From the NCBI GenBank assembly GCA_965217585.1, contig OZ244561.1, forward strand, positions 4,480,001-4,544,000: a stretch of 64,000 nucleotides of DNA. Direction: 5' to 3'. Position numbers and translations under genes: made by a program. This document shows positions 1 through 10,661 of this stretch, one piece after another (positions within the stretch are counted from its first letter, which is position 1; the number at the start of each line of letters is the position of its first letter). This DNA comes from Candidatus Latescibacterota bacterium (lineage in GTDB: Bacteria > Latescibacterota > UBA2968 > UBA8231). A model generated the notes under the pieces. That model did no database searches. It saw nothing but the letters and a program-made list of their open reading frames with translations, and had not been told where the DNA came from.

Positions 1-1857
1 GGGGCCTACGCCTATGCCTTCTGGCCCTTCGACGAGCTTGATCCCCATTCTCCTGGCTTGATTTTTGCCACCTTTGTCGTCGTTACGGCGCTGCTCAACG
101 TCAAGGTGGTGCAAGACGGAGCCAGTTTGGCGCTGAATCGGTCGGAACTCATCCTGGTCTACCTCATGCTACTAATCGTCTCAGCTCTGTGCACTATGGG
201 GCTGAGCGAGCAACTGCTGCCCATGCTGACCGCCCTTTTCTACTATGCCTCGCCGGAGAACGAGTGGATGGAGAAGCTTTTGCCCCATGTGCCCAAGCAC
301 CATATCCTGGTCGACGACGGCAACGACAATAGGAGCTTCTACGAGGGCATTTCCCAGGCCGGACACGACATCCCCTTCTCAGCCTGGGTAGAGCCGCTGG
401 TCTGGTGGGGGATTTTCCTGCTAGCCCTGTACGTAGCCATGGTGTGTACTGCGGTGATCCTGCGACGGCAATGGGTGGAGCGGGAGCGGCTGGCCTATCC
501 CATTACCCAGGTGCCTCTGGCCATGGTGCGCGGGGAAGATTCCGACCAACTAGTCAACGGCTTTTTCAAGAGCTGGGCTATGTGGGCGGGCTGTTCCATC
601 CCGTTCATCGTCGGCAGTCTCATCGCTCTGCACCGCTACAATCCCGCCTTCAGCCCCTTTCAACTCACCTGGATCATTCCCTTCTTTCCGCCCCATACCC
701 TGCAGCTCCACATAACCTTCATGATCTTGGGATTTTCCTACCTGATCAATACCCATGTCGCCGCCGGGATCTGGTTTTTCTACTTGTTGCTCAAGATGGA
801 GAAGGCCGTTTTGCCGGCCATCGGCTTGCAATCCGAACAACACATTGTCTTTGGCGTGAGCGATTCTCCCTTTCTGGCCTACCAAGGGGTCGGGGCCCTG
901 CTGACTCTGGTCGTGCTGGGCTTGTGGAGCAGCCGGGAACATCTCAAAAATGTCGTGCTGAAAGCACTTGGCAGGGCACCTCATATCGACGATGGGGACG
1001 AGATCTGCTCCTACCGCAGTGCCGTGATCGGGGGTGCAGGGGGCGTCCTAGTGATGGTGGGCTGGCTGTGGGCCTTGGGGACTCCGTGGTGGATCTCGCT
1101 GGTATTTGTGGTAGTTGCAATGATGATTTTTGTCGGCATTACCCGCGTCGTGGCCGAAGCCGGACTGGCTGCTGTGCGAACTCCTATGATCGCCCCAGAT
1201 CTGCTGATCCAGGGGTTGGGGTCCCAACTGGTGGGCCCGACCGGCGTGTTCAATTTATCCATGGGCTATATGTGGAGCGGCAGTCTCCGGGTATTCGTCA
1301 TGGCCACCTGCGCCAATGGACTAAAGCTGGTCGAGGAGATGGGGCGCCCAAGCCGGCGCTGTGTGTTCTGGAGTATTATCTTGGCTCTGCTAATTGGCAG
1401 TCTGGGCGCGTGCTGGATGATCTTCCACACGGCCTACAAGTACGGTGGAATCAATCTGAATAGCTGGTTCTTTCACGGAGCCCCGTCCGCAGTTTACGAC
1501 AGTGCCTTGAGGAATATGGAGTCCTCTGGGATTGACAGGGTCGGGTTGGGCTTTTGCGTCGGGGGGGGTGCCGCGATGTTCCTGTTGACGTGGCTGCGCC
1601 AGCGCCTGCTCTGGTGGCCGGTGCACCCGCTGGGATTCCCCATCGGGGCCAACAGCATGATGGACTACGTCTGGTTCAGCGTGTTTTTGGCCTGGCTAAT
1701 AAAGAAGCTGGTGCTCAAGTATGGAGGAGCCGGCCACTATGCGCGCAGCCAAGCCTTTTTTCTCGGCTTGATCTCGGGTCAGGCTCTGTGCAACGGCGCA
1801 TGGCTGATTGTCGATTACTTCACCGGAAAGGTGGGCAATGCCATTTTCTGGGTATGA
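1..1857 (+). CDS. DUF6785/DUF6784-family multi-pass membrane protein (OPT-like putative transporter), 5'-truncated by window edge
   Basis: Frame open from position 1; many TM segments; family-typical RRQWVERERLAYP and WWPVHPLGF motifs. Confidence 0.75.
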   Translation, partial: GAYAYAFWPFDELDPHSPGLIFATFVVVTALLNVKVVQDGASLALNRSELILVYLMLLIVSALCTMGLSEQLLPMLTALFYYASPENEWMEKLLPHVPKHHILVDDGNDNRSFYEGISQAGHDIPFSAWVEPLVWWGIFLLALYVAMVCTAVILRRQWVERERLAYPITQVPLAMVRGEDSDQLVNGFFKSWAMWAGCSIPFIVGSLIALHRYNPAFSPFQLTWIIPFFPPHTLQLHITFMILGFSYLINTHVAAGIWFFYLLLKMEKAVLPAIGLQSEQHIVFGVSDSPFLAYQGVGALLTLVVLGLWSSREHLKNVVLKALGRAPHIDDGDEICSYRSAVIGGAGGVLVMVGWLWALGTPWWISLVFVVVAMMIFVGITRVVAEAGLAAVRTPMIAPDLLIQGLGSQLVGPTGVFNLSMGYMWSGSLRVFVMATCANGLKLVEEMGRPSRRCVFWSIILALLIGSLGACWMIFHTAYKYGGINLNSWFFHGAPSAVYDSALRNMESSGIDRVGLGFCVGGGAAMFLLTWLRQRLLWWPVHPLGFPIGANSMMDYVWFSVFLAWLIKKLVLKYGGAGHYARSQAFFLGLISGQALCNGAWLIVDYFTGKVGNAIFWV

Positions 1858-1887
1858 GCCTAGCCATGCGGAATTTTTAGACGGCTC

Positions 1888-3360
1888 TCACAGATCTCGC
1901 TCCAATTCTTCCAAGATGGCCTGGGCTGCGGAATAATCCGGTCTCAACTCGAGAGCTTTTTCCAGGGCCTCCCTGGCGCTGGCATGGTCTTTTTGTTGGG
2001 CCAAGGCCAGGCCCAAGGCATAATAGGCTTCCGCATAGGAAGGATCAATCACCACGGTTTCCCGGAAGCAAGTGGCGGCTTGGCGATAGCGCCGTTGTCC
2101 GGCGTAGGCGAGTCCAAGATAATAATAGGCGTCTCTGTATTCTGGTTTACTAGCTAGGGCCCGGCTAAAGGCGCGGGTGGCTGCTGGCAGGTTTTTGAGG
2201 AGAAGACTGGCGCGGCCCAGGCCGTAGAACGCTTGGGCGGATTCCGGTTCGAGACTCAGAGTCTGCAAATAGGACTGCCGGGCCGCCACAGGATCATCCT
2301 GCATCAAGTAGATATTGCCCAACAGGTTGTGAGGTGCTGGATTTTGTCGATCGAGAGCAATGGCCTGCTGCAGCAGCAAAATGGCCGGGCCGGGCATTTC
2401 TTGCTGCAAGTGCACTTTGCTCAAGGTGAGATAGGCCTCCACAAAAGAGGAATCTATCTGAATGGCCCGACTCAGTGAGGAGGCCGCCAATGCCCATGCC
2501 CCTTGGCTGGCATAGCGTTTCCCCTGGTCGAAGTGCTTTGCCGCATTGTCGAGTTGTTGAAACGTCTTTAGAGCGGACGCTCTTTGCCGAGGTTGTCCGG
2601 CTTTTAGGTAGGCTTGGCTCAAGGTGAAGTGGATACTGGTATTCCTCGGCCCCAGATTCGCACCTTGTTGCAGGATCTCTATGGCTTCCTGATAGCGCCC
2701 CTGCTCGGTGTAGACTTTTCCTAGGCCTAGGTGGGCAGAGACATGCTCTGGGTCCAACTTTAGGACGCGTCTGAAGCTAGTTGCAGCCGAATCCGGTCGG
2801 TTGCTGTACACCAGCAATATGCCGCGATAGTAATGGGCTTGTACATGTCCTCGCTCCAGACGTATGGTCTCCTCATAGGCTTTTCTGGCGCCGTCAAGAT
2901 CGCCACTAGATCTTTTGCTCTCTCCGAGGTGAAAGGAGTATTCGGGCCGTTCGGGTGCCAGTTCAAAGGCCTGCTGAAACCGTTCGACCGCATCGCCATA
3001 GCGGCGCTGGGCATATAGGGCCATACCAAGGGAGAAGAACAGGTCATCGGGATTGGGAAGATGCAGCACATCGGCCTTTTCAAAAGCCGCGATAGCTTCC
3101 GGATAATGTTCCAATTGTGAGTATGCCAAACCCATATTTAAATGAATTTCTGCCGAGTCGGGCAGTATTTCCACGGCTTGGCGGAAGGCTACCAGAGCAC
3201 TGCGGGGACGTCCGTTTTGCAGCAAGCGGACCCCGCGATTATTCAGGCGCTCGCCTTCCTCGATAGAGACCGCCTGCCCACCGGGCCCGTCGGGAGGCTG
3301 TTGCTCCGACGCGCATGCTGCAATTAGGATAAGCGACCACAAGCTGGGGCCACGCCTCAT
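1888..3360 (-). CDS. Tetratricopeptide-repeat lipoprotein
   Basis: Lipobox-like IAAC signal; about 12 TPR units (e.g. AEAYYALGLALAQQ...ALELRPDY). Confidence 0.85.
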   Translation of the reverse strand: MRRGPSLWSLILIAACASEQQPPDGPGGQAVSIEEGERLNNRGVRLLQNGRPRSALVAFRQAVEILPDSAEIHLNMGLAYSQLEHYPEAIAAFEKADVLHLPNPDDLFFSLGMALYAQRRYGDAVERFQQAFELAPERPEYSFHLGESKRSSGDLDGARKAYEETIRLERGHVQAHYYRGILLVYSNRPDSAATSFRRVLKLDPEHVSAHLGLGKVYTEQGRYQEAIEILQQGANLGPRNTSIHFTLSQAYLKAGQPRQRASALKTFQQLDNAAKHFDQGKRYASQGAWALAASSLSRAIQIDSSFVEAYLTLSKVHLQQEMPGPAILLLQQAIALDRQNPAPHNLLGNIYLMQDDPVAARQSYLQTLSLEPESAQAFYGLGRASLLLKNLPAATRAFSRALASKPEYRDAYYYLGLAYAGQRRYRQAATCFRETVVIDPSYAEAYYALGLALAQQKDHASAREALEKALELRPDYSAAQAILEELERDL

Positions 3361-3612
3361 GACGACCTGCCGAAGAAGGGGGTACGAGAAACGATTTCAC
3401 AACGTGATTTGTGACCGAGAGATGGAGAGGTGAAACCGCTTTAAAAAAATATAGGAAGATCGAGTGCGTTCTGCTAAAATCGCGCCGTGGCTGAAGCTCT
3501 GCCAAAACGCCCGCGCCTTTGCCGCCCCAAGCTAGGTTGACGCCTTTCCTGTGCGCGGCCAAACTATATCTCCGCTATACTTCACATCAGCCCAATCAAT
3601 CTAGGAGCGTCC

Positions 3613-4596
3613 ATGATCGAACCCATCCGCTGGGGCATCCTCGGCCCGGGTAGCATTGCCCACAAATTTGCCGTCGGCCTCCAGGCCACTTCCGCAGGAG
3701 AGTTAGTCGCCGTTGGCTCGCGCGATCAGCAGCGCGCCGACACCTTTGCCGATCAGTACGGTGCCCCCAATCGCCACGCTTCGTACGAGGCCCTCAGCAC
3801 CGATCCCGATATCGACGCGGTGTACGTGGCCACCCCCCATCCCTTCCACCAAGACAATGCGATTCTCTGCCTCGAAGCCGGCAAGGCCGTGCTCTGCGAG
3901 AAGCCCTTTACCATCAACGCCGCTGAGGCCGAAGCTGTCGTCGCCAGTGCCCGCGCCAACGGCGTCTTTCTGATGGAGGCCATGTGGAGCCGCTACTTGC
4001 CCATTATGGTGCAGGTGCGCGAGTGGCTCGACGCTGGGGCCATCGGCGAGCCGCTGATGGTCAGCGCCGACTTTGGTTTTCGTGCTGGCGTCAATCCCGC
4101 CGGCCGGCTTTTTAACCCCGCTTTGGGCGGCGGTGCCTTGCTCGACATCGGCATCTACGCCGTCTCTTTCGCGGCGATGGTGCTCGGGTCGCAACCAGCC
4201 CAGATCGCCGCGGCCGCGCACCTCGGCGAAACCGGCGTTGACGAGCAGACCGGCATCGTGCTCCGCTATGGCGGTGGTGCCATAGCCAACCTCTCTTGTG
4301 CCATCCGCGCCACGACCCCACACGAGGCTCGCATCGTCGGCAGCGAGGGGACGATTGCCATTGATCCCGCATGGTGGAAGGGTGAAAGCGCTACGCTCAA
4401 AGCCGGGGGCCGCGAAGAGCGCGTCGAGTTGCCCTTGGCAGGCAATGGCTACAACTACGAAGCGCAAGAAGTCGCTCGCTGTCTCGACGAAGGTCTGACT
4501 GAGAGCGCGGTCATGTCGCTCGACGAAACCGTAGCGCTGATGCGGATCCTCGACGAAATCCGCGCCCAAATCGGCCTTAAATACCCAATGGAATGA
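3613..4596 (+). CDS. Gfo/Idh/MocA-family oxidoreductase
   Basis: IRWGILGPGSIA Rossmann motif, CEKP motif, GGGALLDIGIY; RBS AGGAG. Confidence 0.92.
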   Translation: MIEPIRWGILGPGSIAHKFAVGLQATSAGELVAVGSRDQQRADTFADQYGAPNRHASYEALSTDPDIDAVYVATPHPFHQDNAILCLEAGKAVLCEKPFTINAAEAEAVVASARANGVFLMEAMWSRYLPIMVQVREWLDAGAIGEPLMVSADFGFRAGVNPAGRLFNPALGGGALLDIGIYAVSFAAMVLGSQPAQIAAAAHLGETGVDEQTGIVLRYGGGAIANLSCAIRATTPHEARIVGSEGTIAIDPAWWKGESATLKAGGREERVELPLAGNGYNYEAQEVARCLDEGLTESAVMSLDETVALMRILDEIRAQIGLKYPME

Positions 4597-4609
4597 AAGG
4601 AAAGTACTC

Positions 4610-5578
4610 GTGCAATACGGCAACCTACAAGGCATCGAAAAAAAGATCTCGCGCATAGTTCAAGGCTCCATCATGCTCAATCGCAGCCGCAAGGAAGAAG
4701 GCTTTGCCCTGCTCGACGCCGCACGGCAGGCCGGCATCACCGCGTATGACTCGGCCCACGGCTACGGCGGTGGGGAAGTGGATCGCATGCTCGGGCTGTG
4801 GATGGAGGAAAGGGGCAACCGCGATGAAATCGTCATCATTGGCAAGGGTGCCCACCTCAACCAGGATCGCAACCGCGTCACTCCGTACGACATCGCCTCG
4901 GACATGGCCGACTCGCTCGTGCGCCTGCGCTCCGACTACATCGACCTCTACCTGCTACACCGCGACGACCCGGCAGTGCCCGTCGGCCCCATCGTCGAGG
5001 CGCTCAACGAGCATCACGCGGCCGGCCGCATCCACGCTTTCGGCGGCTCGAATTGGACGCCGGAGCGCTTGGCCGAGGCCAATGAATACGCGGATAAACG
5101 CGGGCTCGTGCCTTTTGCCGCCTCCAGTCCGAACTTCAGCTTGGCGGATCAGATCGCCGAGCCGTGGAAGGATTGCCTGTCGATTGCCGGGCCGGGCCAA
5201 GCCGCCGCTCGCGCGTGGTACGCCGAGCACGACATGCCGCTCTTTACTTGGTCGAGCGTAGCGCGCGGCTTTTTCTCAGGCAAAGTTACCCGCGCCAACG
5301 CCGAGCAAGTGCGCGACCAATTCGACGGCACCATGCCCAAATCGTACTACTGCGAAGACAACTTCGAGCGGCTCGACCGGGCGTGGGCACTGGCGGAAGA
5401 AAAGGGGTTGTCGGTACCGCAGGTCGCCTTGTCGTACGTGCGCAGCTATCCGCTCGACATCTACGCTTTGGTCGGCAGCATGAGCGGCGATGAGATCGCG
5501 GCGAACATCCAAGCGCTCGACAACCCGCTCACCGAAGCGGAGATGGCGTGGTTGGATTTGCGGAGCGAGGAGCGCTAA
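4610..5578 (+). CDS. Aldo/keto reductase
   Basis: DSAHGYG, LRSDYIDLYLLHRDD and GGSNW motifs. Confidence 0.9.
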   Translation: MQYGNLQGIEKKISRIVQGSIMLNRSRKEEGFALLDAARQAGITAYDSAHGYGGGEVDRMLGLWMEERGNRDEIVIIGKGAHLNQDRNRVTPYDIASDMADSLVRLRSDYIDLYLLHRDDPAVPVGPIVEALNEHHAAGRIHAFGGSNWTPERLAEANEYADKRGLVPFAASSPNFSLADQIAEPWKDCLSIAGPGQAAARAWYAEHDMPLFTWSSVARGFFSGKVTRANAEQVRDQFDGTMPKSYYCEDNFERLDRAWALAEEKGLSVPQVALSYVRSYPLDIYALVGSMSGDEIAANIQALDNPLTEAEMAWLDLRSEER

Positions 5579-7033
5579 ATGCAACCTAATATCGTCGTCC
5601 TAATGTCCGACCAACAGCGGCTCGATACGGTGAGTTGCTATGGGCTTAACGAGGTCTGTCAGACGCCTCACATCGACGCCTTGGCCGCGCGCGGCATTCG
5701 CTTTGACTCGGCGTTCACGCCGACCGCGATCTGCTCGCCGGCCCGTGCTTCCTTTTACACGGGCCTCTATCCGCACAAGCACGGGGTTACGGCCAACGGC
5801 TTGTGCCTGCGCGAGGGCGTGCGCGGGTTAAATCACTATCTGGATGAGGTCGGCTATCGCTGCGGGTACGCCGGCAAGTGGCACGTGGATGAGCAGACCG
5901 GCCCGACGGGCTACGGGTTCACAGGCCAGGACTTCATGGGCTACGCCTTTCCGGGGGGCAACTTGCTTCCCGGCTTGCAGTTCGGGGCCAAGCCGAAGGG
6001 ACACAACCCGTATGCCGATTATCTCAAGGAGCGCGGCTTTGACCCGCCGCCGACGGTCTCGCACCGCTTTGTCGGCACCAACCCCTCGAATCAGGCTCAG
6101 GAGATGTTCGCATTGCACGAGGGGCCGGTCGAGTCGTGCATTGAGTATTTCGTCGCCGAGGAAGCCATGCGCGTCCTCGACGAAGTCGCCACCGATGAGC
6201 AGCCCTTTTTCCTGTGGGCCAACTTTTGGGGGCCGCACAGCCCCTCGCTGGTGCCGGAGCCGTACTTTTCCATGTACGATCCAAAGTCCATTCCCGAACA
6301 TCCTGGGTACGCCGAGACCTTTGAGAAAAAACCCTATCGCCAGCAGTTAATCGAACGGCTGTGGGGTTTGGGTGACTATGGTTGGGAGGGCTTTCAGGAA
6401 ATCGCCGCTCGCTACTTTGGGCATTGCACCTTGATTGACGACATGGTGGGCCGGGTGGTGGCTCACTTGGAACAACTGGGCGTCCTCGACGATACCATTA
6501 TCGTCTATACCGCCGATCACGGTGACTGCCTCGGCGCGCACAAGCTGATCGAGAAGGGCGAGTTCATGTACGACGAGATCTACCGCATCCCGCTCGTCAT
6601 CGCCCATCCCGACTGCGAGGCTCCCGGCACGGCCTGCGACGAGTTCGTCTATTTGCAGGAAATCATGCTTTCGTCGCTCGACGCCGCTGGTCTCGAAGTT
6701 CCTTCCGACCTCGACGGGCAGTCCTTTCTCCCGGCCATTGAGGGACGCCCGTTTGCGAACGGTCGCGAGGAAGTTTACTGCGTGTTCGACCGCCATTTTA
6801 CGGTCGCCAATCAGCGCATGGTCCGTACTCGCACCCATCAGTTCACCTTTAACTCGGGCGACCCAGGTGAGCTGTATGACTTGCAACGCGACCCCTATCA
6901 GCTCGACAACGTGTACGGCGATCCGGCGTACGAGGCTGTGCGCCAAGACCTGATGGGGCGGATGAGCCGCTACATGGAGGAATTGGGCGACCCGTTGCGC
7001 GGGTGGTTTGGACGGATTAAAGGCGCGTATTAA
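5579..7033 (+). CDS. Cys-type sulfatase-like hydrolase
   Basis: PNIVVLMSDQ, CSPAR formylglycine motif, GKWH, TADHGD. Confidence 0.9.
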   Translation: MQPNIVVLMSDQQRLDTVSCYGLNEVCQTPHIDALAARGIRFDSAFTPTAICSPARASFYTGLYPHKHGVTANGLCLREGVRGLNHYLDEVGYRCGYAGKWHVDEQTGPTGYGFTGQDFMGYAFPGGNLLPGLQFGAKPKGHNPYADYLKERGFDPPPTVSHRFVGTNPSNQAQEMFALHEGPVESCIEYFVAEEAMRVLDEVATDEQPFFLWANFWGPHSPSLVPEPYFSMYDPKSIPEHPGYAETFEKKPYRQQLIERLWGLGDYGWEGFQEIAARYFGHCTLIDDMVGRVVAHLEQLGVLDDTIIVYTADHGDCLGAHKLIEKGEFMYDEIYRIPLVIAHPDCEAPGTACDEFVYLQEIMLSSLDAAGLEVPSDLDGQSFLPAIEGRPFANGREEVYCVFDRHFTVANQRMVRTRTHQFTFNSGDPGELYDLQRDPYQLDNVYGDPAYEAVRQDLMGRMSRYMEELGDPLRGWFGRIKGAY

Positions 7034-7051
7034 ATTGCTAACTGACGTTAC

Positions 7052-7079
7052 GTAGGGGCGACCGGCCGGTCGCCCCTAC
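7052..7079. repeat. GTAG-type REP-like perfect palindrome
   Basis: GTAGGGGCGACCGG/CCGGTCGCCCCTAC, a 28-bp perfect palindrome in an intergenic gap. Confidence 0.7.
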
Positions 7080-7105
7080 CACAAACCAACCTGTGGAGGT
7101 GCCAC

Positions 7106-8386
7106 ATGGAAATGTTTCTGACCTTCGCCCTAGTTTTCGCGGTGTTGCTGATCGTGGTGATCGTCATCGTCAGGACGAACCTCTTTATCTGCCAGCCCAA
7201 CGAGGTCATCATTTTCTCGGGCCGCAAACGCCAGACGGCCGATGGGCGTGCGGTGGGCTACCGCGTCATTAAGGGGGGCCGCGCCTTTCGCATCCCGCTC
7301 CTCGAAAAGGTCGATCGCCTCGACTTGCGCACGATTCCCCTCGAAGTATCGATCACCAACGCGTACTCCAAAGGCGGTATCCCGCTGTCGGTGCAAGGCA
7401 TCGCCAATATCAAAATTGCCGGCGACGAGCCGCTGCTCGGCAACGCGCTGGAGCGATTCCTAGGCATCGCGCTCGCCGAAGTCCAGGACATTGCCAAAGA
7501 TACGCTCGAAGGCAACCTGCGCGGCGTCCTCGCTACGCTGACCCCCGAAGAAGTCAACGAGGATCGCCTCAAATTCGCCGGATCGCTCATCGACGAGGCC
7601 GACGTCGATCTGCAGAAGCTGGGCCTAGTACTCGACACGCTCAAAATCCAGAATGTCACCGACGAGGTCGGCTATCTCGACGCTATCGGCCGCCGGAGCA
7701 CCGCCTCGGTCCTCAAAGAGGCGGAAGTCGCCGAGGCCGAAAACCGCGCCGAATCACAGGAGAAATCCGCCGAGGCCCGCCGTCGCGGCGAAGTCGCCGA
7801 CGCCGACGCCCAAGTCCAGATCGTCGATGCCCAAAGCCTGCTCCGAGTCCGCAAGGCCGAGCTTGAAGGCGAGGGCTTGGCCGCGGAGAAGCGCGCCACG
7901 CAGATTGCCCGCAAAGCCGAAGTCCAGGCCGAGCAGCAGGTTGAGCAGGAGCGCCTAGCGCTGCAAAAGCGCCGGCTCGAAATCGAAGTCATTGAGCCGG
8001 CCCGCGCCGATCGCGACGCTGCCGAATTGCGCGCCAAGGGCGAGGCGGCCAACATTCTCGAAAACGGCCTCGCCGAGATCGAGGTCCTCAAACAGAAGAA
8101 CGAGGTCTGGACCATCGCTGGCTCCAATGGCAAGGAGCTGTTGTTGATCCAGATGCTGCCGAACTTGGTCGAGCAAATCACTGCCATGGCCAAGGACATC
8201 AAGATTGACCACCTCGCCGTCGTCGATTCTGGCAACGGCGGTCAGAGCGGCCTGCCGGCGGTCGTCAGCCAGATCGGGGGGCTAGCCCCTGCGCTCTTCG
8301 AGAGCATCAAGGCCACCACCGGCGTCGATCTGGCCTCGGTCATCGGCGACAAGGCCGACGGCCAGGCCCCGACGCAGGAAGGGTAG
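7106..8386 (+). CDS. Flotillin/SPFH-domain protein
   Basis: N-terminal TM, SPFH domain (LEGNLRGVLATLTPEEVNEDRLKF), EA-rich coiled coil. Confidence 0.9.
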   Translation: MEMFLTFALVFAVLLIVVIVIVRTNLFICQPNEVIIFSGRKRQTADGRAVGYRVIKGGRAFRIPLLEKVDRLDLRTIPLEVSITNAYSKGGIPLSVQGIANIKIAGDEPLLGNALERFLGIALAEVQDIAKDTLEGNLRGVLATLTPEEVNEDRLKFAGSLIDEADVDLQKLGLVLDTLKIQNVTDEVGYLDAIGRRSTASVLKEAEVAEAENRAESQEKSAEARRRGEVADADAQVQIVDAQSLLRVRKAELEGEGLAAEKRATQIARKAEVQAEQQVEQERLALQKRRLEIEVIEPARADRDAAELRAKGEAANILENGLAEIEVLKQKNEVWTIAGSNGKELLLIQMLPNLVEQITAMAKDIKIDHLAVVDSGNGGQSGLPAVVSQIGGLAPALFESIKATTGVDLASVIGDKADGQAPTQEG

Positions 8387-8387
8387 C

Positions 8388-8888
8388 GTGGATCCCTTCT
8401 ATCTGTACTTGAGCGGGCTGATCGTCGGAGGGATCGCCGTTGGGGCCTCGCTGTTTGGAGGCGACGGTGATGGCGTGGGCGACGGCCTACGGGTGCTGGC
8501 CTTTTTGCGGCTGCGGCTGTTCTTCTTTTTTGCCTTCTTCTTTGGTTTGGCCGGGATGCTTGGCAGCCTGCTGATGGGTCCGGGCGGTGCGTTTTTTACG
8601 GCGCTGGGTACCGGTGTAGTCTGTTCCTTTTTGGGCGACTGGATGCTGAGCCGGTTGAGCGGATCAAGCGCCGACAGTTCGCTGGAAGGTGACGACTTGA
8701 TCGGTCTCGAAGCCGAAGTCACCGTTCCCATCGCTAAGGGCAGCACCGGCAAGATTTCCGCTACCGTCCAAGGCCGCACCATCGAACTGTTGGCGCGTCA
8801 GGCCCATGCTCAAGGCCCCCTCAACCCCGGCGACCGCGTGCTGGTCCTCGAAGTCCACGATGGCGTCGCGGTCGTCGATCCGAGCTAG
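8388..8888 (+). CDS. NfeD-like membrane protein (flotillin partner)
   Basis: Three TM segments plus C-terminal OB fold (LIGLEAEVTVPI...GDRVLVLEV); adjacent to flotillin. Confidence 0.8.
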   Translation: MDPFYLYLSGLIVGGIAVGASLFGGDGDGVGDGLRVLAFLRLRLFFFFAFFFGLAGMLGSLLMGPGGAFFTALGTGVVCSFLGDWMLSRLSGSSADSSLEGDDLIGLEAEVTVPIAKGSTGKISATVQGRTIELLARQAHAQGPLNPGDRVLVLEVHDGVAVVDPS

Positions 8889-10234
8889 CGGTTCTCTACT
8901 CCTCCGAAGCGGCAGACGATTTCGTAGAGCACCTGCGTCGCAAAGAGCAGTTCTTCCACGGAGATGCGCTCGTCGTGGCCGTGGATTAGGGCCATTTCCT
9001 CCTCGCCTGGCTGCTGCCGATAGGGCATGAAGCCGTAGATCTGGGTTTCGGGGCGGCGCGGCACAATGTGCTTGGCGTCGGTGCCGGCTGGCATCAGATA
9101 CGGGAGCACTGGCGCGTTTGGCTCGCGTTTCTGCATTACCTCGGTGATCATGCGGAAAAGCGGGGTATCGGACGGCGCTTCCAACGGTGGCGTGTATTGA
9201 TCGATCTCTATGGCGACCTCATCACCGACAAATGTGCGTAGCTCGGCCGCGAAACTCTCTGCCGTCTGTCCGGGCACTAAGCGCCCATCGATCCAAGCAG
9301 TTGCCTCCCCCGGAATCACGTTGATCTTGGAACCGGCCTGCACCATGGTCGCCGAGGCCGTGTTGTGCAGCACCGCGCCCAACTCGCGGCGCAAGGTGCT
9401 GCCAATGGGGAGTTCGCTCAGCGAGGCATCCGAGGTCGCTGGGTCGAGCACTTGCTGCCACAGGGCGGCTTCGGCGGCTGGACGGCGGCTGGCAATTCCT
9501 TCGACAAAGCGGCGCACGCTTGCGGACACGTGCGCGGGGAACACGGCTCCTTCCAAGCCGGCTAGTGCTCTGGACAGCTTGACGATTGCGCTGTCGCCGT
9601 GCGGCATGGAGCCGTGACCGGGCGTTCCACGGGCGATCAGGCGCAGTCGGCACAGCCCCTTTTGCCCGGTCTGGCAGGTGTAAAACCGCTGCTCGCCGAC
9701 CGCGAAGTCGCTGCCGCCGCCCTCGGTGATGATCAAGGGTGCGTCCCACAGCTCTGGTCGATTGTCGATGATCCACCCCGGCCCGTGATTGCCTTTGCCC
9801 GCTTCCTCGTCGGCGGTGGCGGCGAAGACGATATCGCGGTTGAGTTGGACGCCTTCCCGTTGCAACAACAGCAACACCATCAGATTCGTCGCGACCATGT
9901 TCTTCATATCGAGCGCGCCCCGTCCCCATACGCAGCCGTCGGCCAGCGCGCCGGAAAAGGGCGGATGCGTCCAGTGCTCAGGCTCGACGGCTACTACGTC
10001 GGTATGCCCCAATAGCATGAGCGGTGGTTCGTTGCCGCCAGCCAGCCGCGCGAGGATATTGCCCCGCCCGGGCGCGGACTCGACGAAGAGCGGATCAAAG
10101 CCCTCCTGCCGCAATATTCTTTCTAGATAGCGCGCGGCTTCGCTTTCGTTGCCCGGGGGGTTCGTGGTGTCGATGCGGATGAGGGCCTGCAAATGCCCGG
10201 TTACTTCGGCGCGCACAGCTTCCCAGTCGATCAC
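8885..10234 (-). CDS. M20/M25/M40-family metallo-hydrolase
   Basis: GHTDVV, GRGALDMK, ADEEAG, HGHDERI motifs. Confidence 0.9.
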   Translation of the reverse strand: MIDWEAVRAEVTGHLQALIRIDTTNPPGNESEAARYLERILRQEGFDPLFVESAPGRGNILARLAGGNEPPLMLLGHTDVVAVEPEHWTHPPFSGALADGCVWGRGALDMKNMVATNLMVLLLLQREGVQLNRDIVFAATADEEAGKGNHGPGWIIDNRPELWDAPLIITEGGGSDFAVGEQRFYTCQTGQKGLCRLRLIARGTPGHGSMPHGDSAIVKLSRALAGLEGAVFPAHVSASVRRFVEGIASRRPAAEAALWQQVLDPATSDASLSELPIGSTLRRELGAVLHNTASATMVQAGSKINVIPGEATAWIDGRLVPGQTAESFAAELRTFVGDEVAIEIDQYTPPLEAPSDTPLFRMITEVMQKREPNAPVLPYLMPAGTDAKHIVPRRPETQIYGFMPYRQQPGEEEMALIHGHDERISVEELLFATQVLYEIVCRFGGVENR

Positions 10235-10250
10235 AATGGTTCCTTTACAT

Positions 10251-10661
10251 CTAAGCTCTCAGGGCGTCGTACGAGGCGTCTATGAGCAGCATTAGGTGCT
10301 GGTTGACCAACAGCAGTCCTTCAACGGGAATTAGGCGTTGCCTTACGGGATCTATCCCCAGCCTGAAAATCTCTAAAGTTACTGCTCCCAACAGAGGCTG
10401 AGTGGCTTCCGTGCCAAAGACGACGGGCACTATGAACTCTTCGCCCCTCAGCCGCATCCAAGTTTGACCGATTCCCCGCTCCATCCTAGTGCCGTCGGCA
10501 AGTATAAAATTGGCTCTGCTGAGAGGGACCACTCCCAATCTTCGCAGCAGCGATTCAGGCAGCGTGGTGTACGTCGCACCGGAATCTACCAGCGCATCAA
10601 CAGTCTCAAAGTGCTGCCCTTGCGGATCACCTATTTCCAGTTCAACCTGAAAGATTCCCAT
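10251..10661 (-). CDS. Clan AA retropepsin-like aspartyl protease
   Basis: ALVDSGAT catalytic motif and PLLGAVTLE. Confidence 0.85.
   Translation of the reverse strand: MGIFQVELEIGDPQGQHFETVDALVDSGATYTTLPESLLRRLGVVPLSRANFILADGTRMERGIGQTWMRLRGEEFIVPVVFGTEATQPLLGAVTLEIFRLGIDPVRQRLIPVEGLLLVNQHLMLLIDASYDALRA

Noticed and set aside
3397-3414. Palindrome TCACAA-N6-TTGTGA as a CRP/FNR site
   Set aside because: Half-sites are in the reverse order of the CRP consensus; single short instance
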